A DNA stretch of 64,000 nucleotides from Candidatus Bathyarchaeia archaeon (GCA_050012255.1 JBEKHN010000003.1:32001-96000); one strand, 5' to 3'; counted from the stretch's first letter, positions 18,989-28,681 are shown. Program-made: numbers and translations. Notes: generated from the sequence alone by a model not told the origin.

Positions 18989-20002
18989 ATGGGACATCGT
19001 AAAACGCACGCTCCGAGACATGGTTCTCTGGCATACTTGCCCAGGAAACGTGCTGAACACTTACTGGCCAGAGTACGCTTCTGGCCTAGAGTTGAATCAG
19101 AAACGCCTCGGCTTCTAGGGTTTACAGGCTACAAGGCCGGCATGACCCACGTGTTCACGATAGAAGACCGGAAGCGTTCGCCGGATTTTGGCAAGGAAGT
19201 GATTCTTCCAGCCACGATCTTGGAGACCCCGCCCATTCTTGTCTGCGGTGTAAAGGTCTACGCGAAAGACGTCAATGGTTTGCGAACCTTAGCTGAAGCA
19301 TGGGCGAAAGACCTGCCAGACGACTTAGAAAGAGTTTTCACGCTTGCGGAAGATTTCAAGACGGAAGAAGCTCTGAAGAAGATCGAGGAGAACCTGCCTC
19401 GAGTTGTGAGGGTCCGTGTTATCAGTGTGACTCAGCCAAGGCAGGCAAGTGTGCCGAAGAAGAAGCCTGACATGGCAGAAATAGAGATAGGCGGAGGAAC
19501 AGTCCAGCAACAGTTCGAGTACGCAAAAAGCCTTCTTGGGAAAACCGCAACCCCTGCGGAGATTTTCAAGGAAGGCCAGTACGTTGACATAGCTTCAGTT
19601 TCAACAGGTAAGGGTTTTCAAGGACCTGTAAAACGTTGGGGAGTCACAATACTCCAGGCTAAGGGAAGAAAGACAAAGAGAGGCGTTGCAACGCTGGGCC
19701 CGTGGAACCCGCACCACGTGATGTACAGCGTCCCAAGAGCAGGGCAGATGGGTTTTCACCAGAGAACAGAGTACAACAAACGAATCCTCAAGATAGGCAA
19801 GGATGGAAAAGAGATCACGCCAAAAGGTGGTTTCCTGAGATACGGCTTAGTCAAAGGTCCCTACGTGCTTCTTGCAGGAAGCGTAGCAGGCACGGAGAAG
19901 CGTCCGATACGGATTCGCTACCCGGCACGCTCGCCGAGAGGAGTATCGGAAGAGCCGCCGCAAATAACCCAAGTATCCCTTGAGTCTCCGCAGGGAAGAT
20001 AG
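18989..20002 (+). CDS. rpl3: 50S ribosomal protein L3
   Basis: PRHGSL, GYKAGMTH, GKGFQGPVKRWG, RAGQMG.HQRTE.NK. Confidence 0.98.
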   Translation: MGHRKTHAPRHGSLAYLPRKRAEHLLARVRFWPRVESETPRLLGFTGYKAGMTHVFTIEDRKRSPDFGKEVILPATILETPPILVCGVKVYAKDVNGLRTLAEAWAKDLPDDLERVFTLAEDFKTEEALKKIEENLPRVVRVRVISVTQPRQASVPKKKPDMAEIEIGGGTVQQQFEYAKSLLGKTATPAEIFKEGQYVDIASVSTGKGFQGPVKRWGVTILQAKGRKTKRGVATLGPWNPHHVMYSVPRAGQMGFHQRTEYNKRILKIGKDGKEITPKGGFLRYGLVKGPYVLLAGSVAGTEKRPIRIRYPARSPRGVSEEPPQITQVSLESPQGR

Positions 20003-20009
20003 TCGGTGA

Positions 20010-20807
20010 ATGCTAATGGTTAAGAAGGTGGCGAAGGTTTTCAACCTCGAAGGTAAGGCGGTTGGAAAGATTGAGCTTCCACCAGTTTTCGCGACACCGC
20101 TGAGGCCGGACGTCATAAAGCGGGCTGTTCTGGCGATACAGTCGCATAGGCTTCAACGACAGGGCAGAGACCCCATGGCGGGAAAGAGAACGACAGCCGA
20201 GTCCAGAGGCACAGGCTCAGGCCAAGCCAGATTGCCGAGACGCAAGACTGCGTCTGCAAGAGCGGCTTTCGCACCGGGAACGGTCGGGGGAAGGCAGTCT
20301 CATCCGCCAACTTCTGAGAAGAAGATTGTTAAGAGGATTCCGAAGAAGGAGAAGAGGCTAGCCCTGTTCTCGGCTATAGCAGCGACGGCATCGAAAGAGA
20401 CTGTGGCCAAGAGGGGTCACAGCATTGAGGACGTGCCGCAAATTCCGCTTGTAGTTTCGTCTGAACTGGAAGGCTTGAAGAGAACCAAGGAAGTTGAAGA
20501 GGTTCTCATACGGTTGGGAGTATTGTCAGAGATTCTCCGGGTGAGAGAGAGCAGAAAGGTGAGGGCTGGGAAGGGTAAGAGCAGAGGAAGAAAGATGAAG
20601 CAGGCTGTTGGACCACTCATAGTCGTTGCTGAGAACAAGGGAATAATGGAAGCAGCAGGAAACATCCCAGGCGTGGATGTTGTCGCGGTCAGAAACCTTA
20701 ACCCGGAGATATTGGCTCCGGGCACGCATCCTGGAAGATTCACGATATGGACAAGCAATGCGGTTGAGGAGCTTGCTAGGCTGCACGGTCAAGGAGGGCA
20801 GGCATAA
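20010..20807 (+). CDS. rpl4: 50S ribosomal protein L4
   Basis: RPDVIKRA, AESRGTG, RAGKGK.RGR, LAPG.HPGR. Confidence 0.97.
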   Translation: MLMVKKVAKVFNLEGKAVGKIELPPVFATPLRPDVIKRAVLAIQSHRLQRQGRDPMAGKRTTAESRGTGSGQARLPRRKTASARAAFAPGTVGGRQSHPPTSEKKIVKRIPKKEKRLALFSAIAATASKETVAKRGHSIEDVPQIPLVVSSELEGLKRTKEVEEVLIRLGVLSEILRVRESRKVRAGKGKSRGRKMKQAVGPLIVVAENKGIMEAAGNIPGVDVVAVRNLNPEILAPGTHPGRFTIWTSNAVEELARLHGQGGQA

Positions 20808-21067
20808 TGGACCCATACGACGTCATACTCTATCCTTTAATGACTGAGTCCTCCAGCCTCATGGTTGAAAAAGAGAACAAACTGGTTTTCATGGTCAACC
20901 TGAGAGCAAACAAATCTGACGTCAAAAAGGCGGTTGAAAGGCTCTACGAAGTGAGAGTTGAAGACATCAACGTTCTGATCACCTCGACCGGCGAAAAGAA
21001 GGCGTTCGTCAAGCTTCATCCAGATTACAAGGCAGCCGACATAGCAATCAGACTTGGAATACTGTAA
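20807..21067 (+). CDS. rpl23: 50S ribosomal protein L23
   Basis: P.MTE, N.LVF.V, KKAFVKL. Confidence 0.97.
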   Translation: MDPYDVILYPLMTESSSLMVEKENKLVFMVNLRANKSDVKKAVERLYEVRVEDINVLITSTGEKKAFVKLHPDYKAADIAIRLGIL

Positions 21068-21087
21068 ACCTGTATGGTGGACTGATA

Positions 21088-21852
21088 GTGGGAAAGAGAA
21101 TTCGTGTTCAAAGACGCGGGCGTGGGGGCTCTACGTTTCGAGCCGCAACCCACAAGAGGGTGGCCCCTGCTCGGTACCCGTCAACTACAAAACTGAAGGA
21201 TTTTGAGTCATCTTTCAACTGCGTGATTGAAGAGCTTGTTCATGACCCTGGGCGAGGAACGCCTCTGGGGCTGATAAGGTCTGAAGATGGACAAACATTC
21301 TTCACGGTTGTTCCTGAAGGGGTCTATGAGGGCAAACAGATTCAGATTGGCGGGAGAGCCGCGGTCGACGTGGGCAACATCATGCCTGTTGGCAAGATCC
21401 CAGAAGGCACAATGGTCTGTAACGTGGAGCTCCGCCCCGGGGACGGCGGCAAGCTTTCAAAATCCTCAGGGTCGTACGCGACGGTCGTTACTCACACCCC
21501 CAAGGGGACGATAATCAAGTTGCCGTCTGGAAAGGCAAAGTACGTGGCTGATTATTGTCGGGCAACGATCGGCGTGGTCTCAGCGTCCGGAAGGACGGAC
21601 AAGCCCTTCCTGAAAGCAGGCGCGAAGTTCCACTTGATGAGGGCTAGGGGGCGCAAGTACCCGAGGACAAGTGGAAGAAAGATGGTTGCTGCTGTGCATC
21701 CGTATGGCAGTAGTAAAAGGAGTGCAAGAAAGGTCACTACAACGTCGCACGGCGCTCCGCCAGGACAAAAAGTCGGTTTGATTGCTGCGAGAGGCACCGG
21801 AAGGAAAGGGAAGAGCGCGCGTGATAAGCAAAGAATAGGAGAGGGTCCATAA
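21088..21852 (+). CDS. rpl2: 50S ribosomal protein L2
   Basis: GKRIRVQRRGRG, HDPGR, PGDGG, APPGQKVGLIAAR. Confidence 0.97.
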   Translation: MGKRIRVQRRGRGGSTFRAATHKRVAPARYPSTTKLKDFESSFNCVIEELVHDPGRGTPLGLIRSEDGQTFFTVVPEGVYEGKQIQIGGRAAVDVGNIMPVGKIPEGTMVCNVELRPGDGGKLSKSSGSYATVVTHTPKGTIIKLPSGKAKYVADYCRATIGVVSASGRTDKPFLKAGAKFHLMRARGRKYPRTSGRKMVAAVHPYGSSKRSARKVTTTSHGAPPGQKVGLIAARGTGRKGKSARDKQRIGEGP

Positions 21853-21883
21853 TGTCTAATGTGGCAAGTAGGGTGAGATAAAA

Positions 21884-22288
21884 ATGCCGAAAGAGTTCAT
21901 GTATCGCGGGCTTTCGTTGAGCCAGCTGCAGAGCATGTCAATGGACGAATTCATTGACCTTCTCCCTTCAAGGCAGAGAAGGAGTCTTCATCGGGGTTTG
22001 CAGGCGGAGCAGAGGATACTGCTTGAAAAGGTCAGGCGCGCGAGGGAAGAGCTTCGAAGGGGAGGCAACCCTGCCATTAAAACGCACGTGCGGAACATGA
22101 TCATTCTGCCTGAAATGGTCGGCTTGCTGATCCAGGTGCACAACGGCAAAGATTTTGTGCAGGTGGAAATAAAGCCTGAAATGATAGGACACTACTTGGG
22201 GGAGTTTTCAGTCACAAACAAACCTGTTAGACACGGTACTCCCGGCATCGGCGCGTCGCGTTCCTCGATGTACGTGCCGCTGAAGTAA
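21884..22288 (+). CDS. rps19: 30S ribosomal protein S19
   Basis: [34 protein letters not shown]. Confidence 0.98.
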   Translation: MPKEFMYRGLSLSQLQSMSMDEFIDLLPSRQRRSLHRGLQAEQRILLEKVRRAREELRRGGNPAIKTHVRNMIILPEMVGLLIQVHNGKDFVQVEIKPEMIGHYLGEFSVTNKPVRHGTPGIGASRSSMYVPLK

Positions 22289-22316
22289 CCTGCTGGTAAC
22301 CTGCTTCTCGCCCTGT

Positions 22317-22757
22317 TCAGGCGCTGTAATCCCTGTCTGAGGGTTTCTTCTCGCTTGGCTTAGTCTCCCCTATTTGGGGCAGCGGGATAGGCGGCGGGAT
22401 GTTCAAGGTTCTGGATATCAGGACAGACTCGATGAAGGCAACGTTTGAAACTGACTGTACTATGATTGGTGGCGGGGGTTTCTTCTCTTCGTATTCCTTG
22501 TAGACTCTTTCAGTTTCACCTTTGTCGCCGACCACGTACGCGGTTCCCTTCAGGCTTATCTGCGCCACTGAGGGGTTGTAACTGATCGTCAGAACGAACG
22601 GAACGTCCAATGACTCGTCCAGCTTCTTCTCCATCCCCGTAAGGTTAAGGTTCGTGTTTATATGAACTTGGGGGAAAGGCTTCCTGAAGTCCAAGAAACG
22701 TTCCGCAGAAATATTTGAGATGACGACGTTTACCCTGAGCATTTCGTAAACCATCAA
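22317..22757 (-). CDS. Conserved archaeal hypothetical protein (possible SecB-like fold)
   Basis: Beta-rich N-terminal half, then helix and IPPPIPLP; fold is an inference. Confidence 0.7.
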   Translation of the reverse strand: MMVYEMLRVNVVISNISAERFLDFRKPFPQVHINTNLNLTGMEKKLDESLDVPFVLTISYNPSVAQISLKGTAYVVGDKGETERVYKEYEEKKPPPPIIVQSVSNVAFIESVLISRTLNIPPPIPLPQIGETKPSEKKPSDRDYSA

Positions 22758-22791
22758 GAAGCTATCACGGTGTCGGATAATTTAAAGATGT

Positions 22792-23112
22792 TCATTCCTT
22801 AGCGGGCTTGTACCGCGTGAACCCGCAGTGTCCACAAGTGTATCTGTTACCATGGTCCGCCATGAAGTATCCGGGTCCGCACCGTTCGCACGTTGGGCGA
22901 AGTCTAATGACCTTTTCAGCCTCAACCTTGTACAGTTTGAAAACGCCCTTTTCTTCCTTCTTCTTTTTCTCGGGTTTTGGAGCTTTCTCGGGTTTCGCAG
23001 GTTTTGCCTCTTCCTTCGGAGCTTCCACTGGGGCTTGTTCTGCTTTCTTCACTTCTTTCTTGGGTTCTTCTCCCTTCTTTGGCGCCTCTTTCTTTTCTTC
23101 CTTCTTGGGCAT
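22792..23112 (-). CDS. rps27ae: 30S ribosomal protein S27ae with K/E/P-rich N-terminal extension
   Basis: CERCGPG.FMADH..RY.CG.CG.T. Confidence 0.95.
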   Translation of the reverse strand: MPKKEEKKEAPKKGEEPKKEVKKAEQAPVEAPKEEAKPAKPEKAPKPEKKKKEEKGVFKLYKVEAEKVIRLRPTCERCGPGYFMADHGNRYTCGHCGFTRYKPAKE

Positions 23113-23120
23113 TTTCTACT

Positions 23121-23438
23121 CTACCCCTTCTTCTCTTCTTCTTTAGGCTTCTCGGGAGGAGGAACGTTTCTTTTGATTACGTAGTCCGGTTCGATGAGCT
23201 TCGCCTGTTCGGCAGAATCGTAAAGGTTCGCCACGCCTACCGCTATGTGCGTTCCAGGCCTTGTTTCGAATTTTTTGACAAAGATCAGGTCCACGTTTGA
23301 CTTCAACGCCTCTGCGACTGCTTTTCTGACTTCTAGTCTCGGTGGCGTGGCGCCTGCGACGTGTTTAACGTTAAAACGAATTTCCTTCCGCTTCAGCAAC
23401 GGGTTCTCTTTCTGTGACACTATGTTGACTTCCATCAT
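23121..23438 (-). CDS. rps24e: 30S ribosomal protein S24e
   Basis: ENPLLKRKE, ATP.R, YDS.E.A...EP.Y...RN. Confidence 0.95.
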   Translation of the reverse strand: MMEVNIVSQKENPLLKRKEIRFNVKHVAGATPPRLEVRKAVAEALKSNVDLIFVKKFETRPGTHIAVGVANLYDSAEQAKLIEPDYVIKRNVPPPEKPKEEEKKG

Positions 23439-23481
23439 GTTTCCTCGTGTGCAGTGTTGACTTGATGTTACACTCTCTTAT

Positions 23482-24012
23482 TTAGCTTTTTGAACGCTTT
23501 TCCATGGACTTGAGGATTGATGCGATTTCTGTTTTCTTGTCAGGAGTGACCTTGACCACGACGATGCCTTCGTGAGGCTGACCGTATATGACGTATGAGT
23601 CTTCGGACGCGTAGGCGATGGCAACGAGCGTCAACAGGTCTTCTTCGCCTTTGACGACGATTTTGACATGCTCACTTTCTTTCAAGGCAGCTTCTACCAT
23701 TCGTTCGGCCTCTTCTGTAATTGTTCCTCGAGGGTTTGTGATGTAAACTGTCCGGTCTGCAGGTAACTCAAACGGCTTCGTGCTCCTCCTCATGCATTTA
23801 TTGTCTATGATGTACAATTTGGGGGAAAAGCCGTTCTCCGCAAGGTTCTTTGAGACCGTATCCCCGACGGAAATTATGCTCGATGGGTTTTCTTGCTCAA
23901 CCATCTTCTTCAGTCTTTTCATCGTGTCGACAAAAGAGCCTCGAATCAGAGTGCCCAACGGTTGCTTCAGAGCTTTGCGCAGTTCGGATGTAAGATAGTG
24001 TTTAACAGCCAT
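23482..24012 (-). CDS. GTP-dependent dephospho-CoA kinase (DUF359)
   Basis: LK.P.G, VGD, D.K..R, NP.G.I, GEEDL, YGQP.EG; typical position after spt4. Confidence 0.92.
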   Translation of the reverse strand: MAVKHYLTSELRKALKQPLGTLIRGSFVDTMKRLKKMVEQENPSSIISVGDTVSKNLAENGFSPKLYIIDNKCMRRSTKPFELPADRTVYITNPRGTITEEAERMVEAALKESEHVKIVVKGEEDLLTLVAIAYASEDSYVIYGQPHEGIVVVKVTPDKKTEIASILKSMEKRSKS

Positions 24013-24013
24013 C

Positions 24014-24199
24014 TTATCTGACCCTTAGGGCAAAGCGGCCTTTGTCTTTGATGTTCATGGCCTTTGCAATTGCTGAACTTTCAGGGTCAAAGATGATCAC
24101 CAACCCGCTAAAATCGTCGCTCAGGCTTGTCGTTTTGCACTTAGGACAGACGTTTCCTCTGCTCAGATAGTGACAGTTTGGGCAGGCTTTCTCGCTCAT
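24014..24199 (-). CDS. spt4: Transcription elongation factor Spt4 (RpoE'')
   Basis: KAC..C...CP.C, G.VII.DPE.S.IA, G.FALRVR. Confidence 0.95.
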   Translation of the reverse strand: MSEKACPNCHYLSRGNVCPKCKTTSLSDDFSGLVIIFDPESSAIAKAMNIKDKGRFALRVR

Positions 24200-24792
24200 T
24201 CTGCTCGCACCCTCTTTTCGGATGCTTTCTTCTCCGCTGCTTCCTTCATTTTCTTCAAGTCGGTTTCAATCCATTCAAGCTTGCCAAGGAAGGGCTGTCT
24301 TGCTGTGACGCCGATTTTTCCCGAACTTCCAGCTCTGCCAAGCGATACTGCAGTTATGCGGACGCGAACCTGGTCGCCGCTCATCAGCTTGCGTTTACTT
24401 TCCTTTCCCAGCAACACTCCTTGCTTCTCGTCGTAAGAGATGAAGTCATCCATGAGTTGGGAAACGTGAAGTAACGCGTCAATCGGTCCGATGCGGACGA
24501 AAGCGCCGAAATCGGCGATCTCAACGACTTCGCCTTCAACGACTTCTTGAATTTTAGGGTAGAAGGTTAAAAGTGAAAAGTTCACCTTGTGATACGTAGC
24601 GCCGTCGCCTGGGATTATCTTGCCCGTGGAGCTTACTTTCACTTCGGTTACGGCTATGACATAGCCTAGCTCCTCGTCGACGACTCCTTCGTATTTCGCC
24701 TTGACCTGCTGGTGTCCTACCGATTCGAGTGGGTTGCCGAATGTTTCAGGCGGAATCCGAATCGTATCTTCTAAGGTTACAAGTTTAAACAG
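24196..24792 (-). CDS. rpo7: RNA polymerase subunit Rpo7 (E'), apparent CTG start
   Basis: Frame extends upstream of the track ORF to CTG TTT AAA CTT (xFKLVTLEDTIRIPPETFG); S1 domain FGAFVRIGPIDALLHVSQ. Confidence 0.93.
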   Translation of the reverse strand: MFKLVTLEDTIRIPPETFGNPLESVGHQQVKAKYEGVVDEELGYVIAVTEVKVSSTGKIIPGDGATYHKVNFSLLTFYPKIQEVVEGEVVEIADFGAFVRIGPIDALLHVSQLMDDFISYDEKQGVLLGKESKRKLMSGDQVRVRITAVSLGRAGSSGKIGVTARQPFLGKLEWIETDLKKMKEAAEKKASEKRVRAE

Positions 24793-24795
24793 GGG

Positions 24796-25221
24796 TTACA
24801 GCCTCCCGTCAATTTCTAACCGTGACTTTTGCCTCACATAAATAACTGGCACATTTATATCTCTTAGCCTGTTCCTGAGTTGTCTGTCGTTCGTGAACAC
24901 CGGGTACTTGTACTTGGCGGCCGCTTGGACGATAAGGTCGTCTGCGGACGTGCCTGTTCGCTGACCAACATCCAGTGGCTTGCACCTTTCAGCTAGTTTC
25001 AGTGCAAGGGCCGCGTTCTTGCGCATACTGGAAGAACCTTGAGTTGCTATTCTCTCAAGCTCCAGCCGGGTTGGGGAAAGCAGGACAAGTTCAAAATTCC
25101 TGTTCAAAAGCTTTTCTAAATCTTCGATAAGGTCGATTTTGAACTGAAGCGGAACGAACAGAGCGTTTGAATCGAGTATGATCTTCAATTTTCTTCTTGC
25201 AGGCTTAGGTTCTGAAGTCAT
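24796..25221 (-). CDS. PIN-domain protein (Fcf1/Utp24-like)
   Basis: ILDSN, EL, ADD.I, TND..LR; conserved position between eIF2g and rpo7. Confidence 0.9.
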   Translation of the reverse strand: MTSEPKPARRKLKIILDSNALFVPLQFKIDLIEDLEKLLNRNFELVLLSPTRLELERIATQGSSSMRKNAALALKLAERCKPLDVGQRTGTSADDLIVQAAAKYKYPVFTNDRQLRNRLRDINVPVIYVRQKSRLEIDGRL

Positions 25222-25222
25222 T

Positions 25223-26467
25223 TTACCGTATCATTCCATAGCCTATTAGCCGCCATCTCCCTGCGATTTTTCTGCTCAGCGCAACTCTTGATCCTGTTTG
25301 CGCGCAAACCGGCCTGGTGAGCTTGATCTGAACGCTGTCCTTTCTTATTGAGGAGACTTTTCCGACCGTTATGGCGGCACCGACGTGCATGAGCAGTGTT
25401 TCGTTCATCGCGACTTCTTCGATTTTCGTCAGCTCTTTTGTTCCTACAGCTCTGTCAAGAATGTGAGTTTCAAGGATAACCTCTGACAATATTGGAGGCA
25501 GCATTCCTCGTTTTCCTGCGATGTTTCCGATGAGGCTGTCGGCCTTCGAATATGATGGGTCTAAGAGTGTTCCTACGCCTACTAGGCCGCCGCAGTGAGC
25601 TTCACTCACGTTCTCTCCACCGGCTTCGAGGCTTACGATTTCGCTGAACAGGGGCTCATACGTGCTCTTTTCTTCCGTCGCTATTCCTGGAAGTATCTCC
25701 AGTTCTTCTTCGACCATGAACTTGCCCTGGACTATCGTGCCCCCTAGCACGCCGCCTTCCAGCTTGTCGACAAGCGTGCCCGGCTTGTTGATGTCAAAAG
25801 AACGAATTATGTACATGAACGGCGGCTTTGTTTCATCCCTTTTCGGCGTCGGCATAACCTCTTCTATCGCTTGAAGGAGAACATCTACGTTGACTCCGTG
25901 CTGTGCTGAGATGGGAATGATAGGGGCGTCTTCCGCCACGGTTCCTTTCACGAAGTTCTTTATCTCAGCGTAGCTCTGGCGGGCCCTCTTCTCGTCAACG
26001 ATGTCGATCTTGTTCTGGACTATGACTATGTTCTTTATGCCTATAACACCGACCGCGGCCAAGTGTTCTCTGGTCTGCGGTTGAGGACATGGTTCGTCTG
26101 CCGCTATCACGAGTAACGCTCCGTCCATTATTGCCGCGCCGGAGAGCATGGTTGCCATCAGAGCTTCATGACCCGGGGCGTCAACGAAGCTGGCCGCTCG
26201 GACGAAAACGGCTTTTGAGCCACAGATGGGGCAAGCTGGTTTTGTAGTGTAGTTGTTCGGCGGCTCACACTTGGGACACCTGTAAACTGCCATGTCTGCG
26301 TAGCCCAGTTTGATCGTGATGCCTCTCTTGAGTTCTTCGCTGTGTCTCGACGCCCAGACACCCGTCAGCGCCTGAACTAGTGTTGTTTTGCCATGGTCAA
26401 CATGTCCTATTGTGCCGATGTTGATTTCGGGTTGGCGAGGTATGGTTGCCCGTTTTTCGCTGCTCAT
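25223..26467 (-). CDS. eif2g: Translation initiation factor 2 gamma subunit
   Basis: GHVDHGKT, RGITIKLGYA, DAPGHE, QNKID, WRLIGYG. Confidence 0.98.
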   Translation of the reverse strand: MSSEKRATIPRQPEINIGTIGHVDHGKTTLVQALTGVWASRHSEELKRGITIKLGYADMAVYRCPKCEPPNNYTTKPACPICGSKAVFVRAASFVDAPGHEALMATMLSGAAIMDGALLVIAADEPCPQPQTREHLAAVGVIGIKNIVIVQNKIDIVDEKRARQSYAEIKNFVKGTVAEDAPIIPISAQHGVNVDVLLQAIEEVMPTPKRDETKPPFMYIIRSFDINKPGTLVDKLEGGVLGGTIVQGKFMVEEELEILPGIATEEKSTYEPLFSEIVSLEAGGENVSEAHCGGLVGVGTLLDPSYSKADSLIGNIAGKRGMLPPILSEVILETHILDRAVGTKELTKIEEVAMNETLLMHVGAAITVGKVSSIRKDSVQIKLTRPVCAQTGSRVALSRKIAGRWRLIGYGMIR

Positions 26468-26542
26468 TGTCCACTTTCCATTGAATGTTTACAAATTATT
26501 GAAGGATTAGAAATGCTGCGGCTAATAAACGTTAAGCTTATA

Positions 26543-26995
26543 TCAAGTGCTGGTTTGCGTTTGAGCTTTGGCTTGTTGCTCAGGTTCTTTTGGAGCTGTT
26601 TTTTCTTCCTTCTTTTCCTTCGGCTTCTTTCCTTCTTTAGGATGTTTCGGCTTTTCCACGATTTTCGCGTTTACCTGAACGATCTCTTCCGTTATGACGT
26701 TTCCCCGAATGCTTTTGCGTCTCCTCATCCCTCCGTTCAGCGGGTTGAAGCCTACGCCGCCGCTGAGAACTATGCGTCGGCGAACACCGCCATGTACGCT
26801 CGGCCTCATCGGGAACCCGTCCTTGTCGGAGCCGCCCATGATTTGGACCTTGTGCCCTGCGAAATCGACTATTGTTCCGTCTATGACTTCGCCTATTCTC
26901 TTGCCGATCAACGGGGTAGCGCGTGCTTCTTCAAGCTCAACCGCCTTTGATGTCCCCGTTTCGGGGTCTGAAACGATGACTTTGAACTTGGCCAT
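26543..26995 (-). CDS. rps6e: 30S ribosomal protein S6e
   Basis: MAKFKVIVSDP, GGSDKDGFPM, G.RRRK..RGN; start reset to 26995. Confidence 0.96.
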   Translation of the reverse strand: MAKFKVIVSDPETGTSKAVELEEARATPLIGKRIGEVIDGTIVDFAGHKVQIMGGSDKDGFPMRPSVHGGVRRRIVLSGGVGFNPLNGGMRRRKSIRGNVITEEIVQVNAKIVEKPKHPKEGKKPKEKKEEKTAPKEPEQQAKAQTQTST

Positions 26996-27139
26996 CCGTC
27001 GTAGCCTCTTAGGTGGTTGTATGAAAGTTGAGCATCTCTCTATTAAGAATTGCGTGTTTGAGCAGTGAAGTTTGCGCCACCCGATGCCAAAAAAGCGCGC
27101 TGGCTTGTCCATAAATTCGCGAATAGCGCGCACGTAAGA

Positions 27140-27178
27140 GCATATACATTTTGCATATACACTTTGCATATACACTTA
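27140..27178. repeat. Intergenic 13-bp tandem repeat x3
   Basis: gcatatacatttt gcatatacacttt gcatatacactta. Confidence 0.85.
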
Positions 27179-27465
27179 ACGAGCATTGTTGAAGACGGTG
27201 AGGATTTTCAGGTTGGATAAGACCAATTTTGACTCGCGCGCGGAACACGCATGCGCACAAAGTCACGGTTGAGCTTCTGATCCTCTAGGTTCCGAGTGAG
27301 GAAAAGAATTGGTCATTTGAGTGCCCATTTTGTCCATATTACAGAAACTATGGTGGTAACAATCGGTGCGATTCGTGATAACGCGCTTTTAGCGTGCAGT
27401 TCGAGAGGGAAATCAGCTTCGAGGGAGTAAAAGTTTTAATCTTACTTTGAATAGGTTTTCTGGCC

Positions 27466-28653
27466 ATGTGGCGGCTGGGGTTCTTTTTCCACGAAATGGG
27501 GTTCGGATTACTCTCGATTTTTCTGCCGCTTTACTTGCTTAAAATCGACGCTGCAAATGGGCTGTTCTACGTTGGGGTAATCACTGCTATCGCTCTCTTC
27601 GCGGCTATTCCTGCCTCTTTCCTCTGGGGTTATTTATGCGACGAGACACGGCATTATAAGCGTTACATCCTTCTTGCGTTCCTCGCGTCAGCCGTCTTGC
27701 TCTGCCTCTTCGCGTTTACGACGGATATAGCTTTGCTGATTGTAATATACGCGATAATGTCGATTTTTCACGTTGCCCATGAAGCTCCGAAAAACATTCT
27801 AATCTCTGAACTGTATTCTCATCAAGACTGGGAGAAGAATTTCGCCTTCTACGAGGGGATCACGGAAGTCGGGACGCTAATCGGTCTGCTGTTAGGCTTC
27901 TTCGCCTCGTATTTTGGGGTTAGTGCGGTGAACACCCTTTTTCTCGTAGCAGGGTTGAACTTCGTAGCCTTCGTTCTCTCTGCAATACTCGTCGTGGACC
28001 CCCCAATGATTTTTGAGAGACGCTTGGTGAGCATCGAGAAGACCGTTGACTTCGCGTCTCACGGTGTCTTCCTGGCTTCCAGAATGGTGGACGGCATAGG
28101 TCTGGATGAGAAATTGAAAAGAGAGAACGTCACAGCCTTCTGCTTCGGACTAGTGCTTTTCTCGCTTGCCACGAGCATACTGTTCACTCCAATGCCCGTG
28201 TTTGTGAACAGCATCGCGCCGGCGGGGTTCGTCTTCGCGATTTACGTGCTCAATTCCGGGGGAGCTATAGGGGGCTACGCATTGGCTGGAAAAAGGTCGC
28301 AGGGGCCAACTGGAAAAGCCCACGTAGCCGGACTAGTGCTGTTTCGAAGCCTGCTTGCCTTCGTACTTCTCGCCGCCTTGAATCTGTCCTCTTTCAACGT
28401 TCTGCTGACCACTGGAATTCTAGTCGTCATGGGATTTCTCTTTGCAGTCTTTATGGTGACGATTCTTGCTCTATCGATGGAGCTTATACCATCGGGCAAA
28501 GCGGGTCTGATCAATGTTCTGATAGGGCTGGGAGGAGCATTCGGCTCGTTTATCGGCCCTTTCATCGCTCAGGTTTCGGGTTTCCTCCAAGTTTTCGTTG
28601 TGGCCGGTGCAATATTCTTCGCTGCCTTCGTCTTCTTCAAGATCTTCGCATAG
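27466..28653 (+). CDS. MFS transporter
   Basis: About 12 hydrophobic segments; WGYLCD.T..YK motif-A-like loop. Confidence 0.9.
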   Translation: MWRLGFFFHEMGFGLLSIFLPLYLLKIDAANGLFYVGVITAIALFAAIPASFLWGYLCDETRHYKRYILLAFLASAVLLCLFAFTTDIALLIVIYAIMSIFHVAHEAPKNILISELYSHQDWEKNFAFYEGITEVGTLIGLLLGFFASYFGVSAVNTLFLVAGLNFVAFVLSAILVVDPPMIFERRLVSIEKTVDFASHGVFLASRMVDGIGLDEKLKRENVTAFCFGLVLFSLATSILFTPMPVFVNSIAPAGFVFAIYVLNSGGAIGGYALAGKRSQGPTGKAHVAGLVLFRSLLAFVLLAALNLSSFNVLLTTGILVVMGFLFAVFMVTILALSMELIPSGKAGLINVLIGLGGAFGSFIGPFIAQVSGFLQVFVVAGAIFFAAFVFFKIFA

Positions 28654-28681
28654 GCAGAAGAAGAAAAAGGGGGACAGATGC

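Noticed and set aside
24796-25221. PIN toxin of a toxin-antitoxin pair
   Set aside because: Lies in the conserved eIF2g-PIN-rpo7 housekeeping context with no antitoxin.
26996-27175. 60-aa N-terminal extension of rps6e in the ORF track
   Set aside because: S6e homology starts at MAKFK (26995); the extension runs through the promoter region and the tandem repeat.
27140-27178. Possible mini-CRISPR
   Set aside because: Units are 13 bp and contiguous, with no spacers; no cas genes or arrays seen in the window.
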